Source: Candidatus Omnitrophota bacterium (GTDB lineage: Bacteria > Omnitrophota > Gorgyraeia > Zapsychrales > Zapsychraceae). Taken from it: a stretch of DNA of 64,000 bases. The DNA is taken from positions 645,149-709,148 of the forward strand of contig JBFWOS010000002.1 of NCBI GenBank assembly GCA_050250375.1, in the 5' to 3' direction. The translations under genes were made by a program, and so were the position numbers. The notes below the pieces were generated by a model that was given only the letters and a program-made list of their open reading frames with translations, made no database searches and was not told where the DNA came from. This document shows, one piece after another, positions 58,860-64,000 of the stretch (position 1 is its first letter; every line of letters begins with the position of its first letter).

Positions 58860-59708
58860 TTATTTTATAATATCCTTATTTCTTTCCCACCATTTAACAA
58901 TATTGTCTAGAACGAATGGGTTCCAGTCAATATTTGCTTCTTCCGCAAAAATTTTGCCAGCATAATATGTGGTGTTGAGACTATTGCTATTACTAAGAAT
59001 GCCAAATAAGAAATTCAGTTTCTTATATCTTGAAAAATCACTTCGTGTTTTCAAATATTCAATCAGAGCGGGCTGGTTAGCTAAAGTAATTTCACTGTAT
59101 AGTTTTTGAAAATCTTCAAATGTTAAATTATTTGGATCATAATTTAATTTTCTCCAATCAATTACGATATAACCAGGAGGAGAACGAAATTTAAGTCGTA
59201 TTTCATGAACAGTCTGATATGCTTCAATAGCAAAAGGGTGATTTGGATTTGAAGTTAACTTGATTAGTTCGTTAAACGAAATTCTATTATCATTTTGAGC
59301 AGATAATACTAAACGTGAAAAGTCTGAGATTTGTTCAATTTCCTGAATTTTTGAAAAAGCATCAGACGTTAATCCCGATACCTTGGCGAGATCTATTTCA
59401 AGTGTTTTAGTTTTTTCAGAAATTGTTGATTTGGCTTCTTCTATTGCAGGATCAAGTTTTTTCTCGATAAGGTTAGTGGCTTCTTGAATTGCAACTTTCT
59501 CAAGAGTGCTTTGAACGTTTGGCTCAGTAAATTTTTCTTTGACCGTTAAATTGATGCCTACCTGAGATAATAAGACTAAAATTAGTGATATAACGCCTAT
59601 CCATATGTTTAACCAAGCGATTAACTCAGATTTGATTTTATCGGTTTGCTTTTTAATTAAGGCTTCATCATTATTATCCGGCTTATTATTTATTATTGGT
59701 ATGCTCAT
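58860..59708 (-). CDS. Hypothetical protein, one TM plus coiled coil
   Basis: 282-aa AT-rich ORF. Confidence 0.7.
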   Translation of the reverse strand: MSIPIINNKPDNNDEALIKKQTDKIKSELIAWLNIWIGVISLILVLLSQVGINLTVKEKFTEPNVQSTLEKVAIQEATNLIEKKLDPAIEEAKSTISEKTKTLEIDLAKVSGLTSDAFSKIQEIEQISDFSRLVLSAQNDNRISFNELIKLTSNPNHPFAIEAYQTVHEIRLKFRSPPGYIVIDWRKLNYDPNNLTFEDFQKLYSEITLANQPALIEYLKTRSDFSRYKKLNFLFGILSNSNSLNTTYYAGKIFAEEANIDWNPFVLDNIVKWWERNKDIIK

Positions 59709-59840
59709 AAGTTATATTTCTTAGAAATTTTTAATTTAAAGTAATTGTCTGTTAAAATCGGGATAGTTCACAATACTTAATTTCACCTAAGGATAAGAAC
59801 AATTTAATATAGTATCCTCGGAGTTATGTTCCCTGTTGAA

Positions 59841-60164
59841 TCATATCTGCTTCCATATCGTAAAATGCCCTTGATCAATGGTGCCGGAATCTTTCCATTG
59901 CGTATATTTTTGTTCGGCCCCGGGGAAGAGCGGCCACATTGCGTTTAACAGATTTTGATACCCGGCCATCTCTTCCGTTATGCGCAGCGGATGGGTGTCT
60001 TCCGCGCAGATCACCATGCAGATCAGGTCGTGGGTCAGATAATCGTGTTTGTAACAGTAAATCCGGTTGATGCCGGACCAGGGAACCAGATTTTCTTCGT
60101 GCTCACCCCGGATGAAAAAGCCGTTCTTCAGGATGGCAATAATGCCTTTATTCAGATCTTCCAC
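59841..60164 (-). CDS. Hypothetical protein
   Basis: 107 aa, GTG start. Confidence 0.6.
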   Translation of the reverse strand: MEDLNKGIIAILKNGFFIRGEHEENLVPWSGINRIYCYKHDYLTHDLICMVICAEDTHPLRITEEMAGYQNLLNAMWPLFPGAEQKYTQWKDSGTIDQGHFTIWKQI

Positions 60165-60237
60165 GGTGCCTTTCTTCTCTTAAAATATATAAGCCCCTAT
60201 TATATAAGCGGCCATTAAATCTGGCAAGATGATCGTA

Positions 60238-60534
60238 TCAGCCGCCGGCCACGGAGCCGACAATCATAAACGGTTCTTGGCCTTTGGCCACCGCTTCCGG
60301 TAAAAGTTTATCGGGCGGATCATGGGTCAGGTCTTCTTCGCAGGCGAAAAAACGCAGGAACGCCCGGCGTTTGAATGTGCCGTGGTCGCGGACCGTTCCG
60401 CGGAGCATCGGATAACGTTTTTCCAGCGCGTCCAGGACCGCGCGCTGGGTCACCGGTCCCTCAACCTCCAGATTGACTTCTCCCTCGACCCGGGCCAGGG
60501 TCTTTAAATGGGCCGGGATGATCACGCGAATCAT
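60238..60534 (-). CDS. MoaD/ThiS ubiquitin-like protein
   Basis: VIIPAHL, LEKRYP.L, C-terminal VAGG. Confidence 0.9.
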   Translation of the reverse strand: MIRVIIPAHLKTLARVEGEVNLEVEGPVTQRAVLDALEKRYPMLRGTVRDHGTFKRRAFLRFFACEEDLTHDPPDKLLPEAVAKGQEPFMIVGSVAGG

Positions 60535-61709
60535 GGGATGCTCTGCACCTCGACAGAATAGACCGACGGAAGGTCATGCACGATCGCCTCCCAGCGGTCA
60601 CCGCCATCCACCGAGGCGTAAACCTGCCCTCCGGTCGTGCCGAAATAAATGCCGCAGTCATCGAGGGTGTCAACCGCCATGGCGTCGCGCAGGATGTTCA
60701 CGTAACAGTCTTTCTGCGGAAGGCCGTTGGTGAGCGCCTCCCATTCGTTGCCTCCGGTGCGGCTGCGGTACACGCGCAGTTTTCCTTCCAGCGGAAAATG
60801 TTCGGAATCACTTTTGATGGGCACGACATAAATGGTCTCGGGTTCATGCGCGTGCACGCCGATGGGGAAACCGAAATCGGTCGGCAGGTTGCCGCTGACT
60901 TCTTTCCATAAATCGCCGGCATTATCGCTGCGCATCACGTCCCAGTGTTTCTGCATAAAAAGGACGTCCGGCCTCGACGGGTGAAGGGCCATATTGTGGA
61001 CGCAGTGGCCGACCTCGGCGTCCTGGTCCGGGATATATTGGGATTTCAACCCTTTGTTGATCGGTTTCCAGGTAATGCCGCCGTCATCGGTGCGAAACGC
61101 GCCGGCCGCTGAGATGGCGATATAAATCCGTTTGGGGTTTTTCGGGTCCAGCAGGATCGTGTGCAGGCCCATGCCTCCGGCGCCGGGTGTCCATTGGGAG
61201 CCGGTGCCGTGCCCGCGCAGACCGGATAATTCCTTCCAGCTTTTTCCGCCGTCTTTGGTGACAAAGAGCGCGGCGTCCTCGACTCCGGCGTAGACATGAT
61301 CAGGGTCGGTCAGGGACGGTTCCAAATGCCAGACACGTTTGAATTCCCAGGGGTGCTGGGTGCCGTCGTACCATTGATGGGTCGTTAACGGATGGGCCTG
61401 GGTGTCGTACATAAATTTGTTGCTTTCCCCCATGGGAAAACCTTCCGGTGAGGTGGTCATTTCACCGGGCGGGGTTCCGGGCTGGTACCAGGTTTTGCCG
61501 CCGTCATCGGAACGCTGGATGATCTGGCCGAACCAGCCGCTGGTCTGTGAGGTATAGATACGGTCAGGATCGACCGGTGAACCTTTCATGTGATAAATCT
61601 CCCAGCCGGCGAAATGCGGACCGCTGACGTCCCACTTTTTGCGCTGGCTGTCCGAGGTGAGGATAAAGGCGCCTTTGCGTGTGCCGGCTAAAACCCTGAC
61701 TTTCTTCAT
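60531..61709 (-). CDS. BNR/Asp-box beta-propeller (sialidase-like) protein
   Basis: Repeated [40 protein letters not shown]. Confidence 0.88.
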   Translation of the reverse strand: MKKVRVLAGTRKGAFILTSDSQRKKWDVSGPHFAGWEIYHMKGSPVDPDRIYTSQTSGWFGQIIQRSDDGGKTWYQPGTPPGEMTTSPEGFPMGESNKFMYDTQAHPLTTHQWYDGTQHPWEFKRVWHLEPSLTDPDHVYAGVEDAALFVTKDGGKSWKELSGLRGHGTGSQWTPGAGGMGLHTILLDPKNPKRIYIAISAAGAFRTDDGGITWKPINKGLKSQYIPDQDAEVGHCVHNMALHPSRPDVLFMQKHWDVMRSDNAGDLWKEVSGNLPTDFGFPIGVHAHEPETIYVVPIKSDSEHFPLEGKLRVYRSRTGGNEWEALTNGLPQKDCYVNILRDAMAVDTLDDCGIYFGTTGGQVYASVDGGDRWEAIVHDLPSVYSVEVQSIP

Positions 61710-61865
61710 GGTTATCTCCTTTTTTTACTGGGAACAGTTGGCTCAAGAATTATACAATCATCTTTTGGGTAAATCCATCAAGAATTTTTGCAATTGTGCC
61801 GAAAGGAAACGGCATTAATTTTTGGCTGTTCATTTTCTTTTTTTTGATTAAAATAGAACCTGCTT

Positions 61866-63002
61866 ATGGAAAACTTTTCCCAGGAAGAAAAAATCCGGTA
61901 TTCACGGCAGACCATCCTGCCCATGATCGGCGCGCAGGGACAACAGCGGCTGAAAGACGCGCGTGTCCTTCTGGTCGGCGCGGGGGGCCTGGGTTCGTCC
62001 CCGGCCATTTATCTGGCCGCGGCCGGCGTGGGGACCATCGGCCTCATCGATGCCGACACGGTGTCCCTTTCCAATCTCCACCGGCAGGTGCTTCACTATA
62101 CTTCGGATATCGACTGTCTTAAGGTCGACTCGGCCGCGGACAAACTCAAACAGATCAATCCGCATGTGCAGGTGATTAAACACCCGGTGCGGCTGACAGC
62201 GGTCAACGCGCGTGAGATCATTTCCGGTTACGACCTGATCATAGACGGCACGGATAATTTGCCGTCACGGTATCTCATCAATGACGCGTGTTTTTTTCTG
62301 AACAAACATTTTATTTTCGGCGGTGTGCACCAGTTTGAAGGCCAGGTCAGTATTTTCGGTCCGGGCGGCCCCTGCTACCGCTGTCTTTTTCGTGAACCGC
62401 CTCCCCCTGAGGAAATGCCGTCGTGCGCTGAAGCCGGTGTGATCGGTGTTGTCCCGGGCATCATCGGGCTGATGCAGGCCAATGAAGCGGTCAAATGGAT
62501 CTGCCGGATCGGCGAATCTCTGTTGGGACGGCTGCTGATCTTTGACGCGCTTTCCGTGCGCTGGCACGCGGTCACGATCAAAAAGGATCCGGACTGTCCT
62601 TTATGCGGGACATCTCCGACCATCCATTCCGTTGAAAATGATCAATGGCATTGTGCCGTTCCGGAGAAACCGCAGGAAGCCGTTATCGCAGAAATCACGG
62701 TCAAAGAATTAAAACAGCGGCGCGATCAGGATCCGGACCTTTATTTGCTGGATGTGCGGGAACAGGCGGAATGGGACATCGCGCGTATCGACGGCGCGTG
62801 TTTAAAACCGTTAAGTAATCTGGATGAGAATTTTGAAGATATCCCCAAGGACAGGACAGTGTATTGTTATTGCAAAGCCGGCGGGCGCAGCGCCCGGGCG
62901 ATTGAATTTCTGCAGTCCAAAGGTTATACCGATTTGGTCAAGATCAAAGGCGGCATTGAGGCCTGGTCAAAGGAAATTGATCCGACCATTGCGCAGTATT
63001 AG
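61866..63002 (+). CDS. moeB: MoeB/MoeZ adenylyltransferase with rhodanese domain
   Basis: RYSRQ, GAGGLGS, SNLHRQ, CYRC, CPLC, DVRE, CKAGGRS. Confidence 0.93.
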   Translation: MENFSQEEKIRYSRQTILPMIGAQGQQRLKDARVLLVGAGGLGSSPAIYLAAAGVGTIGLIDADTVSLSNLHRQVLHYTSDIDCLKVDSAADKLKQINPHVQVIKHPVRLTAVNAREIISGYDLIIDGTDNLPSRYLINDACFFLNKHFIFGGVHQFEGQVSIFGPGGPCYRCLFREPPPPEEMPSCAEAGVIGVVPGIIGLMQANEAVKWICRIGESLLGRLLIFDALSVRWHAVTIKKDPDCPLCGTSPTIHSVENDQWHCAVPEKPQEAVIAEITVKELKQRRDQDPDLYLLDVREQAEWDIARIDGACLKPLSNLDENFEDIPKDRTVYCYCKAGGRSARAIEFLQSKGYTDLVKIKGGIEAWSKEIDPTIAQY

Positions 63003-63003
63003 T

Positions 63004-63057
63004 AAAAAGGTGACGGACACCGTTTTTCAATATAAAAACGGTGTCCGTCACCTTTTT
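63004..63057. repeat. 54-bp palindromic repeat, copy 2; likely bidirectional terminator
   Basis: Identical to 50624-50677; fills the gap between convergent stops. Confidence 0.95.
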
Positions 63058-63059
63058 TA

Positions 63060-64000
63060 TTAATATTCCAAGACAGGTTCTTTATTTTCGAGCAGTACGG
63101 CGGTTCCGAGATTCGATAAGCGGTCCCCGATCCGTTCCATATTATTGACCAGTTCCAGGAAGATAAAACCGGAATCCATCTTGCATTTCCGTTTTTTCAG
63201 GCGGGTGACATGATTCTGTTTTAACTCCTGCTCAAGACCGTTGAGAGTTCTTTCATGGAGCATTAAACGCCGGGCGGAGATGGGATCGGAATGGTCAAAG
63301 GCCTGTTCGGCATCGTCAAACATGCGGTAGAGTTCATCGCGCATCCGCTGGATTTCCGTAATGGCTTCCTTTGAGAAGACATTTTTGTTGCTCAGCCGCC
63401 GTTTGGTTAATTCGGAGATGTTTTGCGAATGGTCCCCGATCCGTTCCATATCATTCACCAGATGGATTAAGACCGGGAGTTTTTCCGATTCTTCGGGGAG
63501 CAGTTTTTTCTGGGACAGCCGGACGATATAATCCGTAATCCTTCCCTGCAGGTTATCGGTGACCGATTCAAGCTCGCTGGCCCGGTTGGCCTTGGCCTGG
63601 TCTTCTTCAATAAAACTTTCAATCCCGGCGGTGACGGCCTTGAGGGACACTTTCAGCATGTAAAGAACTTCTTTGTGCACCTGTTCCAGCGCCAGGGTGG
63701 GCGAGTCCAGTAAATGTTCTTCCAGGTATTGGGTGCCGTAGTCGATGGAGTCCTTGCGTTTGGGCACGAGCATAATGCTCACTTTCTCAAGGAATCCGAT
63801 AAACGGTAAAAAGACCAGCGTATTAATTACGTTAAATACACTGTGCGCCACGGCGATATGCACCATAATATTTTCCGGGGAGAGTTCACCCGGGACCAGC
63901 CCTTTGATCAGCTCCGTATACCATCCCAGGTACACGAAGACTAAAATATAACAAGTCCCCAGGACATTAAATATTGTGTGTGACATCGCCGCGCGGCGCG
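63060..64000 (-). CDS. Na/Pi cotransporter family protein with PhoU domains, 5' part outside the window
   Basis: AH..FNVI, two NDMERIGDH/NNMERIGDR PhoU repeats. Confidence 0.88.
   Translation of the reverse strand, partial: RRAAMSHTIFNVLGTCYILVFVYLGWYTELIKGLVPGELSPENIMVHIAVAHSVFNVINTLVFLPFIGFLEKVSIMLVPKRKDSIDYGTQYLEEHLLDSPTLALEQVHKEVLYMLKVSLKAVTAGIESFIEEDQAKANRASELESVTDNLQGRITDYIVRLSQKKLLPEESEKLPVLIHLVNDMERIGDHSQNISELTKRRLSNKNVFSKEAITEIQRMRDELYRMFDDAEQAFDHSDPISARRLMLHERTLNGLEQELKQNHVTRLKKRKCKMDSGFIFLELVNNMERIGDRLSNLGTAVLLENKEPVLEY

Overview
Bacterial chromosomal segment; gene style suggests a PVC-group organism such as Ca. Omnitrophota, which is an unverified impression. Bases 1-27.7 kb are housekeeping genes: fabG-acpP-fabF, folM-folB-folK-fxsA, hisJ, bcp, ispG/ispH, moaE, murB, an Rrf2-sufBCDSU-moaA operon, nfuA, lhgO, two CDGSH genes, metXW, nadA and miaB. 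From 27.8 kb onward the region is accessory. Four direct copies of a ~95-125 bp non-coding element (27811, 31063, 37809, 44876) carry a minus-strand sigma70 promoter overlapping a dif/XerC-like half-site. They bracket three self-contained modules: an AT-rich Bro/TA-remnant block, a two-component system plus type III PKS operon, and a TPR/porin/GT2/GH8 glucan-synthesis operon. No recombinase gene is present in the window. A second repeat system consists of two four-helix-bundle (bAvd/IVP-like) genes, each enclosed by inverted 4x7-nt tandem arrays and with a hairpin-occluded SD, plus gene-less heptamer hairpins. A third layer is REP-like palindromes: one inserted in frame in miaB, two identical 54-bp copies plus a collapsed copy, and a GGGGACA..TGTCCCC family between AT-rich genes. 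A 3.3-kb island is bounded by a 31-bp duplication of a cupin gene's 5' end. No rRNA, tRNA or CRISPR array was recognised.
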